Positions 1-8,241 are shown, counted from the stretch's first letter. The stretch is DNA of 12,500 nucleotides from Dubosiella newyorkensis (GCF_001945605.1 NZ_MPKA01000068.1:1-12500); one strand, 5' to 3'. Notes: generated by a model from the sequence alone, not told the origin. Made by a program: numbers and translations.

Positions 1-290
1 GCTACCTGGACAACGGAAGTCTGCCGATGACCAATTCGCTTGCCGAAAGGACGATCCGAAATTTTGCGGTAGGAAGAAACAACTGGCTGTTTTCGGGAAG
101 TCCTAGAGGAGCCAAGGCTTGCGGAGTACTCTACTCGATCGTAGAAAGCGCCAAAGCAAATGGGCTGATCCCTTACAAATACATCCTTCACCTTTTAAAA
201 GAACTCTCAAGACATGCTGGAAAGCTGACCAGCGAAATACTGGAGGAATGTATGCCTTGGAATCCAAATTTGATCAGCATATGCCAATAA
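1..290 (+). CDS. IS66-family transposase, C-terminal part (5'-partial)
   Basis: The frame is open from base 3 (YLDNGSLPMTNSLAERTIRNFAVGRNNWLFSGSPRGAKACGVLYSIVESAKANGL...CMPWNP). This matches the conserved IS66 C-terminal block (L.IDNN.AER.IR..A+GRKNWLF.GS...A.+YSL+.TAK.NG+.P..YL...L....PWN), recalled from memory. The stop is at 288-290. Confidence 0.8.
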   Translation, partial: YLDNGSLPMTNSLAERTIRNFAVGRNNWLFSGSPRGAKACGVLYSIVESAKANGLIPYKYILHLLKELSRHAGKLTSEILEECMPWNPNLISICQ

Positions 291-298
291 AAACAAAG

Positions 299-347
299 AC
301 GCTCATCGCAGGTAGAGATATTGTCTCTGATTCGATGAGCGTTTTCT
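299..347 (+). terminator. Stem-loop with a short T-run inside the IS66 end
   Basis: A 10-bp stem, ACGCTCATCG (299-308) pairing with CGATGAGCGT (333-342), with a 24-nt loop, followed by TTTCT. Confidence 0.4.
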
Positions 348-430
348 ATACGCTGTTTTAATTCCCGCTTACTCTAGAAAATAGAATACGATAAGATAAG
401 TGTGTATTGAAAACTAGAAAGGATGGAATC

Positions 431-1360
431 ATGAAATCTTTAAAGAAAGTCGGTGTGCTGTTTACTCTTTTGATCACCACTCTTGCAATGGTGGGATGCG
501 CATCGACGACCACCGAAGAAAAGAGCACGGCAATGAAGACCGTACAAACAGATAAAGGGGAGGTCGAGATCCCAGAAAATCCAAAACGGATCATTTCCGA
601 TTATTATTTAGGGGAATTTTTAGCCGTCGGCGTCAAACCGATCATCGCCTCGCCTTACGCGCTCAACAATCCCTATTTAAAAGACGATATTGAGGGGATC
701 GAGCCGATGAATATCACCTCTTCGGAAACTACGCTTGAGCAATTTAGTGCCGCCAAACCGGATCTGATCATCACGATCACAGAAGCGGATTATGAAAAAT
801 ATTCGAAGATCGCACCAACGGTCTATATTCAAGATGGACAACGGAGCGATGACGAAACTTTTGAATACATCGCCTCATTAGTCGGAAAAGAAAAAGAAGC
901 CAAAGACTATATCGAACAATTCCTTCAAAAAGCCGAAGAGCATAAACAAGAAATCCAAGATATCGTCAAAGATCAAACGGTCTCGATCGTTGAAGTATGG
1001 CCACAGCAGATCTACACGATGGGCTCCCACTTCGCGCGTGGAGGAAGGATCCTCTACGATCTATGGGATCTAAAAGCTCCAGAAAAGGTCCAGAAGGAAA
1101 TGGTCGATGGCGATAAGCAATATGAAGTCGTTTCTCTAGAGGCGCTTCCAGAATACGCAGGAGATTTTGTTCTATATGGAGTATTAGATGGAACCGATCC
1201 CGCGTTCGTGACTTCGAGCAATTTATGGAATTCGCTCCCAGCTGTTAAAAACGGAAAGACGCTTCCGTATGAACAAGTCTCTTTCATGCATAGAGATCCG
1301 ATCACCCAATCGAAGCAGCTCGAAATCTTTATCGACTTTTTCGAACAATTCAAGGAGTAG
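431..1360 (+). CDS. ABC transporter substrate-binding lipoprotein, iron-siderophore (FhuD/FeuA-like) type
   Basis: The ATG at 431 is preceded by GAAAGGA. This start is preferred over the TTG at 407 used by the ORF track. There is an N-terminal signal peptide with lipobox LAMVG-C. Size is about 310 aa. It is the first gene of an operon with two FecCD permeases and an ATPase. Confidence 0.8.
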   Translation: MKSLKKVGVLFTLLITTLAMVGCASTTTEEKSTAMKTVQTDKGEVEIPENPKRIISDYYLGEFLAVGVKPIIASPYALNNPYLKDDIEGIEPMNITSSETTLEQFSAAKPDLIITITEADYEKYSKIAPTVYIQDGQRSDDETFEYIASLVGKEKEAKDYIEQFLQKAEEHKQEIQDIVKDQTVSIVEVWPQQIYTMGSHFARGGRILYDLWDLKAPEKVQKEMVDGDKQYEVVSLEALPEYAGDFVLYGVLDGTDPAFVTSSNLWNSLPAVKNGKTLPYEQVSFMHRDPITQSKQLEIFIDFFEQFKE

Positions 1361-1363
1361 ACG

Positions 1364-2371
1364 ATGAACCATTCAAAAAGATGGAGTCTTCTCCTCTTTT
1401 TATCGTGTACACTCTTGCTTTTGGTTCTTCTTTCGCTCGCCTCGATCGTATTAGGAAGTACCAAGATCGAGCTTTCCACGATCTTGGAAGCGTTAAAAAA
1501 TCCAGACCTTTCCAACCAGCAACATATCGTTTTGTTTGATTTGAGGATCCCGCGAACGATTGGCGATCTTCTCATCGGCGCTAGTTTTGCATGCGCGGGT
1601 GCACTTATGCAAGGGATGAGCAAAAATCCTCTGGCGGACTCAGGAATTTTAGGGATCAATGCAGGAGCGAGCTTCGCTTTAGCGATCTGTGTCTCTTTTC
1701 TTGGCACGATGCATTTTTCGATGAGCGTTTTCGCTTCGTTTCTAGGAGCGGGGTTTGCGATGCTGCTCGTTTTTGGACTCATGATGATCAAAGGACGAAA
1801 ACTCGATTCTGTTCGCCTTGTTTTGGTAGGCCTAGCTGTCTCGATGCTGCTGACATCGCTTGCGCAAGGGATCTCGATCCTCTTTCAAACAGGACAAGAT
1901 CTGACGTTCTGGAGCGCGGGAGGTGTGGGCGGTATTCGGATGGAGCAGCTGATCGTGGCCGCGCCAATCTTGCTTGTCGCCTTGATCGCTTCGATCCTTA
2001 TTTCAAAGAAGATCTCGATCTTATCGCTAGGAGACGAGAGCGCGACAAGCTTAGGATTACAAGTCGAGAAAACGAAAACGCTTTGTTTATTGATCACTTT
2101 GCTGTTGGCAGGACCTTCTGTCGCTTTAGCTGGACCGATCGCGTTTGTTGGATTATTGACGCCGCATATCGTCCGCTTCTTTGTAGGAAGCGATTATCAA
2201 GCGATCATTCCTGCCTGCATGCCTGCAGGAGCGATCTTGATGGTGGGCGCGGATTTGATTTCTCGTCTGATCAACGCGCCAAGAGAAACGCCGATCGGTC
2301 TTGTTTTCGCACTTCTTGGTGTTCCTATGTTTATTTATCTAGCACGGAAAGGAATGAAGGATCATGTTTAA
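1364..2371 (+). CDS. FecCD-family iron-siderophore ABC transporter permease
   Basis: AAGGAG lies 7 nt upstream of the ATG. The protein is polytopic and hydrophobic, with FecCD/BtuC-type motifs (RIPRT, LLGINAGASF, GPIAFVGLLTPHIVR, PIGLVFALLGVPMFIYL). Confidence 0.88.
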   Translation: MNHSKRWSLLLFLSCTLLLLVLLSLASIVLGSTKIELSTILEALKNPDLSNQQHIVLFDLRIPRTIGDLLIGASFACAGALMQGMSKNPLADSGILGINAGASFALAICVSFLGTMHFSMSVFASFLGAGFAMLLVFGLMMIKGRKLDSVRLVLVGLAVSMLLTSLAQGISILFQTGQDLTFWSAGGVGGIRMEQLIVAAPILLVALIASILISKKISILSLGDESATSLGLQVEKTKTLCLLITLLLAGPSVALAGPIAFVGLLTPHIVRFFVGSDYQAIIPACMPAGAILMVGADLISRLINAPRETPIGLVFALLGVPMFIYLARKGMKDHV

Positions 2372-3353
2372 AAATGTGAAAGTGCTCTTTCCTTGCTTGA
2401 TCGTATTGATCTTGTTGTTGTTAGTATTGGACATTCAAGCTGGATACGCTTCGATTCCTTGGAACGAGCTTCTTTCGAGCTTGTTTGCCCATGGAGATGA
2501 AACGACACGATTTTTGATCGTCGAACTGCGTTTGCCGCGGGTTCTTGCGAGTCTTTTGATCGGGATCGGTTTATCGCTTTCAGGGTGTGTGCTGCAAGGC
2601 GTCTCTCATAATGAGATGACAGAACCTGGACTTTTAGGGATCAACGCGGGTGCTGGTTTGATGATGGCGCTTTATTTATTGTTGTTTCAAAATCAATCGC
2701 CGCATTTTTCCTTCCTGCTTCCGCTTTTAGCTTTTGCAGGAGCAGGGCTTACGTTCTGGATCGAGTATAAGTTGGCGTCCAATAAAAAGAAGCTGCATCC
2801 GAATCGTCTTTTATTGATGGGCGTAGCGATCTCGATGGCGATCACGTCGTTGACGACGATCTTGATGCTCAAGATGCCAGATCAACAATACGCTTTTGTG
2901 CAAAGCTGGATCGCAGGCAATATTTGGGGGGCCTCTTGGACGAGCGTTCTTTTTCTAACGGTTTCGATGGCTGTGATTTTTGGCTTGATCGCGTATAAAA
3001 GCCGGATCCTTAACGCGCTAGCGCTGCAAGAAGAGGTTTCGATCGGGATCGGTGTCAATGTGTTCAAAGAATCGCGTCTATTTTTCGTGTTGGCGATTAT
3101 TTTGGCGAGCTTGTGCGCTTCGATTGGCGGTGGGCTGAGTTTTGTAGGTCTTGTTTGTCCTCATCTGGCTCGTAGGATCGTGGGTCCGAATTATAAAAAG
3201 CTCGTTCCCGCGAGCGTTTTGATAGGGGGCGTGCTGCTGTTGGTGGCCGATATTGGTTCAAGAACTTTGTTTTTGCCTTATGAAATGCCAATTGGAATTG
3301 TAGCGACTGTGATCGGCGCTCCGTATTTTTTGTATTTGCTGATGAAGAACTGA
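2364..3353 (+). CDS. FecCD-family iron-siderophore ABC transporter permease (second subunit)
   Basis: Its start overlaps the previous stop by 8 nt (ATGTTTAA). It carries the same motif set (RLPRV, LLGINAGAGL, LSFVGLVCPHLARR, PIGIVATVIGAPYFLYLL). Confidence 0.88.
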   Translation: MFKNVKVLFPCLIVLILLLLVLDIQAGYASIPWNELLSSLFAHGDETTRFLIVELRLPRVLASLLIGIGLSLSGCVLQGVSHNEMTEPGLLGINAGAGLMMALYLLLFQNQSPHFSFLLPLLAFAGAGLTFWIEYKLASNKKKLHPNRLLLMGVAISMAITSLTTILMLKMPDQQYAFVQSWIAGNIWGASWTSVLFLTVSMAVIFGLIAYKSRILNALALQEEVSIGIGVNVFKESRLFFVLAIILASLCASIGGGLSFVGLVCPHLARRIVGPNYKKLVPASVLIGGVLLLVADIGSRTLFLPYEMPIGIVATVIGAPYFLYLLMKN

Positions 3354-3366
3354 AAGGAGAGGGCTT

Positions 3367-4164
3367 ATGGAATTGGCGATGGAAGGAAAACAACTCGTGA
3401 TCGGATATGGAGAGAAGATCATCATTCCGGCCATGGATGTCAAGATCCCGAAAGGGAAGATCACAAGCATCATTGGTCCGAATGGCTGTGGGAAATCGAC
3501 GCTTCTCAAAGCGTTGGCGCGCATCTTGCCTTTGCAGTCTGGAGACATCGAAATCGAGGGTGTAAAGATGTCTTCTTTAAAAACGGAATCGATCGCAAAA
3601 AAATTGGCGCTTCTGCCGCAAGGACCACAGGCTCCTGAAGGGCTTCTTGTCGAGGAACTCGTCGCTTTTGGTCGTTATCCTTATCAGAAAGGATTTGGGA
3701 AGCTGAGCAAAGAAGACCATGAGCATATCGAGAGAGCGATGAAGGCGACAAAAGTGCTGGATCTTAAGGGCAGAAGTGTCGATACGCTTTCTGGCGGTCA
3801 AAGACAGAGGGTATGGATTGCTATGGCGCTGGCGCAAGATACGCCGATCATCTTATTGGATGAGCCTACCACGTATTTGGATATGGCGCATCAGCTCGAA
3901 ATCCTCGAGCTTCTTAAAACACTCAACGAAAAAGAACAGAAAACGATCGCGCTTGTCATTCATGATTTGAATTTAGCGGCTCGTTTTTCGGATCACTTAA
4001 TCGCGATGCGGAGCGGGACGATCTTGTATGAAGGTGATGTGGAGCATGTCATGCGAAAACAAGTGCTCGCGGATGTGTTTTCTTTAGACGCGTATATTGA
4101 AGAAGATCCATGGAGTCATAAACCTACAATGGTTACATATAAACTATTGCATTCGAAACAATAA
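3367..4164 (+). CDS. ABC transporter ATP-binding protein (FhuC/FecE-like)
   Basis: Walker A GPNGCGKST, signature LSGGQRQR, Walker B IILLDEPT and H-loop VIHDLN are present. AGGAGA lies 6 nt upstream of the ATG. Confidence 0.92.
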   Translation: MELAMEGKQLVIGYGEKIIIPAMDVKIPKGKITSIIGPNGCGKSTLLKALARILPLQSGDIEIEGVKMSSLKTESIAKKLALLPQGPQAPEGLLVEELVAFGRYPYQKGFGKLSKEDHEHIERAMKATKVLDLKGRSVDTLSGGQRQRVWIAMALAQDTPIILLDEPTTYLDMAHQLEILELLKTLNEKEQKTIALVIHDLNLAARFSDHLIAMRSGTILYEGDVEHVMRKQVLADVFSLDAYIEEDPWSHKPTMVTYKLLHSKQ

Positions 4165-4197
4165 AGTCATCTCTTGAAAAAGTGCATGACTTTTTTT
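4163..4197 (+). terminator. Rho-independent terminator of the ABC operon
   Basis: AAAGTCAT (4163-4170) pairs with ATGACTTT (4185-4192), followed by a T-run. The stem is AT-rich and the loop is 14 nt. Confidence 0.5.
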
Positions 4198-4236
4198 GTT
4201 AAGTATGCTATTTTTTTAAAGTGCGAAGGGTGAACT

Positions 4237-5604
4237 ATGACAAAATTTGGATTGTATAAAAATATTATGGAGCTCTTGATGACGGCGATCTTGGTCAGCG
4301 TGTTTCCATTCACGCTAGGCTATAAGGTCAAGCTTGTTCTCTTGTATGTTCTCATGCAGAATATGGCGGGCCGCTATCGGGGAAGAGCGCTTTTGATCTG
4401 GGATGAATTGAAGCTGATGACGATCGGTTATATCGGTTATTTTCTAGGCTCGCTGCTGATGATCAACTATACAAATTTTTATTGGGAAAAGATCTTATGG
4501 CTGCTTTTATTCATGGTGTGTCATTTTCTTCTCAACTTGATCATCGCGCGTTTTTCGCATTTGCTTTTATGGAACAAAGTCCATAAAAACGTATTGATCA
4601 TCGGGGTGGGAGAGAGCGCGTCGCGTTTAGAGGATGTCTGCAAAGTCAATCGTTTTTCGTTGCATAAGATCAAAGCGTTTATCGACTGCAACAACGATCC
4701 GTATTTCAAGAATATCCATCAAACACCAGCTGAGCTGCATCATCCAGTTTATCCGGCGAAGGATCTTGAAAAAGTTATCGAACAAGAAAATATTGATACA
4801 GTCTTGATCGCGATCCCGGAAATTGGAAGAACGGATCTGACAAGGCTGACGACTCGATTGGACGATCTTGTCGATACGGTCAAGTATATTCCTGTATCGG
4901 AGGGGATCATCAACTTCAATACGAAGATCGATGATTTTGATGGTCTTTTGATGATCTCGACTTCAGAGGGAACGATCCGGCCTGTAGAGCGTTTCTTTAA
5001 AAGATCGATCGATATTTGCGCGGGGCTGGCGGGAATGATCGTATTGGCGCCTTTGAGCGTTTATGTATACGTTTTGAATCGAAAACAAGGGGATACGGAT
5101 CCGATCTTTTTCAAACAAGAGCGGATCGGAAAAGACGGAAAGACATTTACGATCTATAAATATCGGACGATGGTGCCAAATGCCGAAAAGATCTTGGATC
5201 AATTGATGGAGCAGGATCCGAAGATCCGCCAAGAATACCAAGAAAACAAAAAGCTGAAAGACGATCCACGTGTCACGAAGGCGGGCGCTTTTTTAAGAAA
5301 GACGAGCTTGGATGAATTTCCGCAATTTATCAACGTACTGAAAGGGGAAATGTCTTTGATCGGACCTCGTCCTTATTTGCCGCGGGAAAAAGTCGATATG
5401 GGTTCTTATTATGACGATGTCGTGGCTTCAAAACCTGGAATCACAGGGATGTGGCAAACGCATGGTCGTAGCGATGTAGATTTTGAGCATCGGCTCGAAC
5501 TTGATGAGTATTATTATCGAAACTGGAGCATCTGGCTCGATTTGACGCTGCTTGTTCGGACGATCAAGCAAGTGCTTTCGAAAGAAGAGCATGGAGCCAT
5601 GTAA
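4237..5604 (+). CDS. Polyprenyl-phosphate glycosyl-phosphotransferase (WbaP/CpsE/EpsE-like initiating sugar transferase)
   Basis: The N-terminus has several TM helices. A central VLIIGVGESA Rossmann-like segment follows. The C-terminal bacterial sugar transferase domain shows FKRSIDI, KQERIGKDGKTFTIYKYRTM and DPRVTKAGAFLRKTSLDEFPQFINVLKGEMSLIGPRP. Confidence 0.85.
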   Translation: MTKFGLYKNIMELLMTAILVSVFPFTLGYKVKLVLLYVLMQNMAGRYRGRALLIWDELKLMTIGYIGYFLGSLLMINYTNFYWEKILWLLLFMVCHFLLNLIIARFSHLLLWNKVHKNVLIIGVGESASRLEDVCKVNRFSLHKIKAFIDCNNDPYFKNIHQTPAELHHPVYPAKDLEKVIEQENIDTVLIAIPEIGRTDLTRLTTRLDDLVDTVKYIPVSEGIINFNTKIDDFDGLLMISTSEGTIRPVERFFKRSIDICAGLAGMIVLAPLSVYVYVLNRKQGDTDPIFFKQERIGKDGKTFTIYKYRTMVPNAEKILDQLMEQDPKIRQEYQENKKLKDDPRVTKAGAFLRKTSLDEFPQFINVLKGEMSLIGPRPYLPREKVDMGSYYDDVVASKPGITGMWQTHGRSDVDFEHRLELDEYYYRNWSIWLDLTLLVRTIKQVLSKEEHGAM

Positions 5605-5650
5605 AAAAAACGCTGCTTATTTGCGCTTGAGCGTTGAGCAGCGTTTTTTT
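5603..5650. terminator. Bidirectional rho-independent terminator shared by convergent genes
   Basis: An A8 run, CGCTGCT (5611-5617), a loop, AGCAGCG (5637-5643) and a T7 run. The stem overlaps the last codons of the minus-strand gene. Confidence 0.7.
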
Positions 5651-6279
5651 ATGTCAATGGGTGTCCTTTTGGACTCGATCGTTTTCTGTAAAGCTTTATT
5701 GTAGGTGAACGGATCGAGATTTAGAGTTTCCATAAAAGCAATCGTCTTTTCGAAGTCTTTGATGAGCCATTCTGATAAGAGCCAAGCGAGGGCCATTTGG
5801 GTATAGTAGTTGCTTGCTTTGTATTTTTGGATCCTTTGAGAGATCGTTTCAAAGTCGCTTTCTTCTTTGAAGTGCATCAAAAACGAAGTATAAGCGAAGC
5901 GCTGGTCGAATTCGTTTTGGCTTTGTAGAAGCGAATCTAAAAAAGACAGGACTTCTTGTTTATGCTTTCGCATCCATTTTTGTCGAGCGCAGACCATATC
6001 GTTACTCGCCCAGTTCGTGTTATAGGGAAGCCATTTTTTTAAATAGCGAAGCCGGCTCGAGAGATCGAGCTTGGCCCTTCCGAGTACAAATCCATACAAC
6101 AAGCTATATTCGTAGCTTGATTCTAAAGGCGTCTCTAAAAAGCTTGGATCGAGCGTTTTGGCGTACTGTTCCAATACGGGGGTCCTGATCCCTAAGATCG
6201 TATGACCTGGGATCAGCTTTTCATGAAACGCTTTGTATTTTGGATCGATGGAAGCGGAAAAGAGTTCTGATAGGTTCAT
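5617..6279 (-). CDS. DNA alkylation repair protein family (HEAT-like repeat, AlkC/AlkD-related)
   Basis: The N-terminus (DPKYKAFHEKLIPGHTILGIRTPVLEQYAK) and the roughly 220-aa size match my recollection of the DNA_alkylation family. Its start codon overlaps the trpS stop (TAATG). Confidence 0.6.
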   Translation of the reverse strand: MNLSELFSASIDPKYKAFHEKLIPGHTILGIRTPVLEQYAKTLDPSFLETPLESSYEYSLLYGFVLGRAKLDLSSRLRYLKKWLPYNTNWASNDMVCARQKWMRKHKQEVLSFLDSLLQSQNEFDQRFAYTSFLMHFKEESDFETISQRIQKYKASNYYTQMALAWLLSEWLIKDFEKTIAFMETLNLDPFTYNKALQKTIESKRTPIDIKKRCSTLKRK

Positions 6280-7262
6280 TAGATCGATAAACCGACTTTG
6301 CGATAGACTTTGGCGATCTTTTTGTTCGCGATGCGGCTCGCTTTTTCGGCACCTTGTTTCAAGACTTCCTCGACTTGATTGGAAGCGATGATCTCTTTAT
6401 ATTTGGCTTGCAGATCGCTTAGGAAATCGTAGACGGTTTGTCCGATCTCTTTTTTTAGTTCGCCATAGCCTTTTCCTTCATAACGTTTGACGATCGATTC
6501 GATTGGTTCATTGCTTAAGACTGACTGGATCGTTAAAAGATTGGCGAGTCCTGGCTGATTGATCGGATCGTATTGGATGATGCCGACAGAATCGGTTTTC
6601 GCCGACATGATCTTTTTGCGGGCAAGAGCAGGATCGTCGAGCAAGTCGATCGTTCCTTTCGAGTCTTTTTCGGATTTGGACATTTTCTTTTCCGGTTCTT
6701 GGAGCGAATAGATTTTTTGTCCGACTTTGCTTGTCAAAGGTTCGGGTACTTTGAATGTATCCGAATAGCGGTGGTTAAAGCGTTCGGCTAGCGTCCTTGT
6801 CAATTCGACGTGCTGCTTTTGGTCTTGGCCGACAGGGACATAGTCGGGATCGTAAAGCAAGATATCGGCTGCCATCAATGGCGGATAGGTGAATAAGCCG
6901 GCGGTGATACCTGTTTCGCCTTTGGCTGTTTTGTCTTTATATTGGGTCATTCTTTGCAGCTCGCCCATATAGGAGAGGCAAGTCATGATCCAGCCTAACT
7001 GCACGTGGGCTGGAACGTCGGATTGTAAAAAGAGTGTCATCTTTTCAGGGTCTAGTCCGCATGCTAAGTAAAGCGCGATCAGATCTTTCGTGTTTTTTCT
7101 TAGCTCTTTGGCTTCGATCGGCACGGTCAACGCGTGCTCGTTAGCGATAAAGATGAACATTTCATATTCGTCTTGGTATTGTTTGAATTGGGAGATCGCG
7201 CCGATATAGTTTCCTAAATGAAGCCGTCCGGTCGGTTTGATTCCACTTAACATTCGTTTCAT
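6279..7262 (-). CDS. trpS: Tryptophan--tRNA ligase
   Basis: Class I motifs are present: HIGH-type HLGN near the N-terminus (GIKPTGRLHLGNYIGA) and an exact KMSKS. The 327-aa length is typical of bacterial TrpRS. GGAGGAA lies upstream of the ATG. Confidence 0.92.
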   Translation of the reverse strand: MKRMLSGIKPTGRLHLGNYIGAISQFKQYQDEYEMFIFIANEHALTVPIEAKELRKNTKDLIALYLACGLDPEKMTLFLQSDVPAHVQLGWIMTCLSYMGELQRMTQYKDKTAKGETGITAGLFTYPPLMAADILLYDPDYVPVGQDQKQHVELTRTLAERFNHRYSDTFKVPEPLTSKVGQKIYSLQEPEKKMSKSEKDSKGTIDLLDDPALARKKIMSAKTDSVGIIQYDPINQPGLANLLTIQSVLSNEPIESIVKRYEGKGYGELKKEIGQTVYDFLSDLQAKYKEIIASNQVEEVLKQGAEKASRIANKKIAKVYRKVGLSI

Positions 7263-7360
7263 TGTTCGATTCCTCCATCCATATTTTCCATATTATCACG
7301 AATAAGTGAAAATCGTATCATTGTGTAGTCGTTTTCGGTATAATTCTTATTGGTGATACG

Positions 7361-7786
7361 ATGATTACGATTTATACGATGCCTGGCTGCATGAGCTGCA
7401 AAAAGACAAAAAACTATTTAAAAGAGAACCAAGTCGATTTCGAGGAGAAAAATATTTATGTCACGCTGTTGATCGAAGAGGAGATCAAGAAAGTGATCCA
7501 GTTTTTTTATGGGAAGGAAGAAAAGTATGTGACATTATCTCCCGCTTTTGAAGCGACGCTTAAAAAAAGCTTCAAGAAGAGAACTTGGAAAGAAAAGATC
7601 CGCTTCTTGCAAAAGAATCCCTCGTGTCTTAAGCGTCCGCTCTTTGTGTATGATGAAGAAGGCGATGAAAAGATCGTGCAGCTCTTGGAAGAGAAAAGAG
7701 ACGAGTGGTGCAAAGAGGATTGTTCAAACGCTCTTTTATGCAAAGAAGCTCGAAAAAAAGAAGGCGAAGCGCCTTCTACATCTTGA
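7361..7786 (+). CDS. ArsC/Spx/MgsR-family protein (divergent Spx-like, CxxC)
   Basis: The N-terminal MITIYTMPGCMSCKK CxxC motif lines up with Spx (TSPSCTSCRK). KNIY...L..EEIKKV and the NPSCLKRPLF blocks correspond to Spx NIFSEPL..DEIKQ and HPGLLRRPII. The C-terminal third diverges and is Cys-rich. Confidence 0.6.
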   Translation: MITIYTMPGCMSCKKTKNYLKENQVDFEEKNIYVTLLIEEEIKKVIQFFYGKEEKYVTLSPAFEATLKKSFKKRTWKEKIRFLQKNPSCLKRPLFVYDEEGDEKIVQLLEEKRDEWCKEDCSNALLCKEARKKEGEAPSTS

Positions 7787-8030
7787 AGTCTTTGATCCAT
7801 TTTCCAAAGGAGATCAAATCATTCCCTTGGTAGGTGAGCAAGCCTTTCATGCCGATTTCGACGACATTGAATTCAAAGACGCTCACTTCGAAGCTGAGCG
7901 GTTTTCCTACCGCGATAAAGTCAAGCTGAAATTGATCGAGAGCGTCTTCGAGGCCTTCGACCGCGTTATAGGAAAAAGTTTCTTTGTTTACGAGTGTGGC
8001 TTCCACACTGATCTTTTGTTCGTTTTTCAT
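7776..8030 (-). CDS. Hypothetical 84-aa acidic protein
   Basis: This is the only plausible ORF between the spx-like gene and the tRNA. No family was recognised and no clear SD is present. TATACT ends 6 nt upstream of the ATG, so the mRNA may be leaderless. Confidence 0.4.
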   Translation of the reverse strand: MKNEQKISVEATLVNKETFSYNAVEGLEDALDQFQLDFIAVGKPLSFEVSVFEFNVVEIGMKGLLTYQGNDLISFGKWIKDFKM

Positions 8031-8071
8031 ATGTATAGTATACAGCGAATCTATCGTTTCTTAAGAATTGT

Positions 8072-8100
8072 TTGACCGTGATCGACTTCTTTGATATGAT
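8072..8100 (+). promoter_or_regulatory. Sigma-A-type promoter for tRNA-Leu
   Basis: TTGACC (8072-8077), a 17-nt spacer, then TATGAT (8095-8100) with a TG at 8092-8093 (extended -10). The promoter ends 13 nt before the tRNA 5' end. Confidence 0.65.
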
Positions 8101-8113
8101 AGTTGCGTTACAA

Positions 8114-8198
8114 GCGAAGATGGCGGAATTGGCAGACGCGCTAGCTTCAGGCGCTAGTGAAGCAATTCGTGAGGGTTCGAGTCCCTTTCTTCGCACCA
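8114..8198 (+). tRNA. tRNA-Leu (anticodon CAG), type II with long variable arm, CCA encoded
   Basis: Acceptor stem GCGAAGA/TCTTCGC. Anticodon stem CTAGC/GCTAG with loop TTCAGGC. T-arm GAGGG-TTCGAGT-CCCTT. The variable arm is 15 nt and the 3' end is ACCA. Confidence 0.9.
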
Positions 8199-8207
8199 TT
8201 GACTTTT

Positions 8208-8235
8208 AAGCCCTTATATAAAGGGCTTTTTTCTT
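8208..8235 (+). terminator. Rho-independent terminator after tRNA-Leu
   Basis: AAGCCCTT (8208-8215), a loop, AAGGGCTT (8221-8228), then TTTTT. Confidence 0.75.
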
Positions 8236-8241
8236 TGTGGT

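Larger units (their letters stand above)
1..372 (+). mobile_element. Right (3') end of an IS66-family insertion sequence. It continues upstream of the window.
   Basis: The transposase C-terminus is followed by a terminal sequence ending ...CCCGCTTAC at 364-372. Its reverse complement, GTAAGCGGG, matches the conserved GTAAGCG terminus of IS66-family inverted repeats (recalled knowledge). The left end is not in the window. Confidence 0.7.

Noticed and set aside
373-430. Fur box in front of the siderophore-binding protein gene (CGATAAGATAAG at 389-400)
   Set aside because: It matches only one GATAA half-site well. Alignment to the TGATAATnATTATCA 7-1-7 consensus fails in the second half.
1054-2379. 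Long ORFs overlapping the ABC genes (1054..1791 minus, 245 aa; 1591..2379 plus, 262 aa)
   Set aside because: They lie antisense to, or out of frame with, well-supported binding-protein and FecCD permease genes. Their products are Arg/Ser/Cys-rich and low in complexity, with no start-site signals. They are typical shadow ORFs.
7263-7700. T-box riboswitch upstream of trpS
   Set aside because: The intergenic space is only 98 nt. No T-box consensus or terminator/antiterminator pair was seen on the minus strand.
7548-8075. 175-aa plus-strand ORF spanning the spx-like 3' half and the 84-aa ORF region
   Set aside because: Its first half is an alternative frame of the spx-like gene, and the product is Lys/Arg/Ser-rich. 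The part downstream of the spx-like stop has no start codon of its own.
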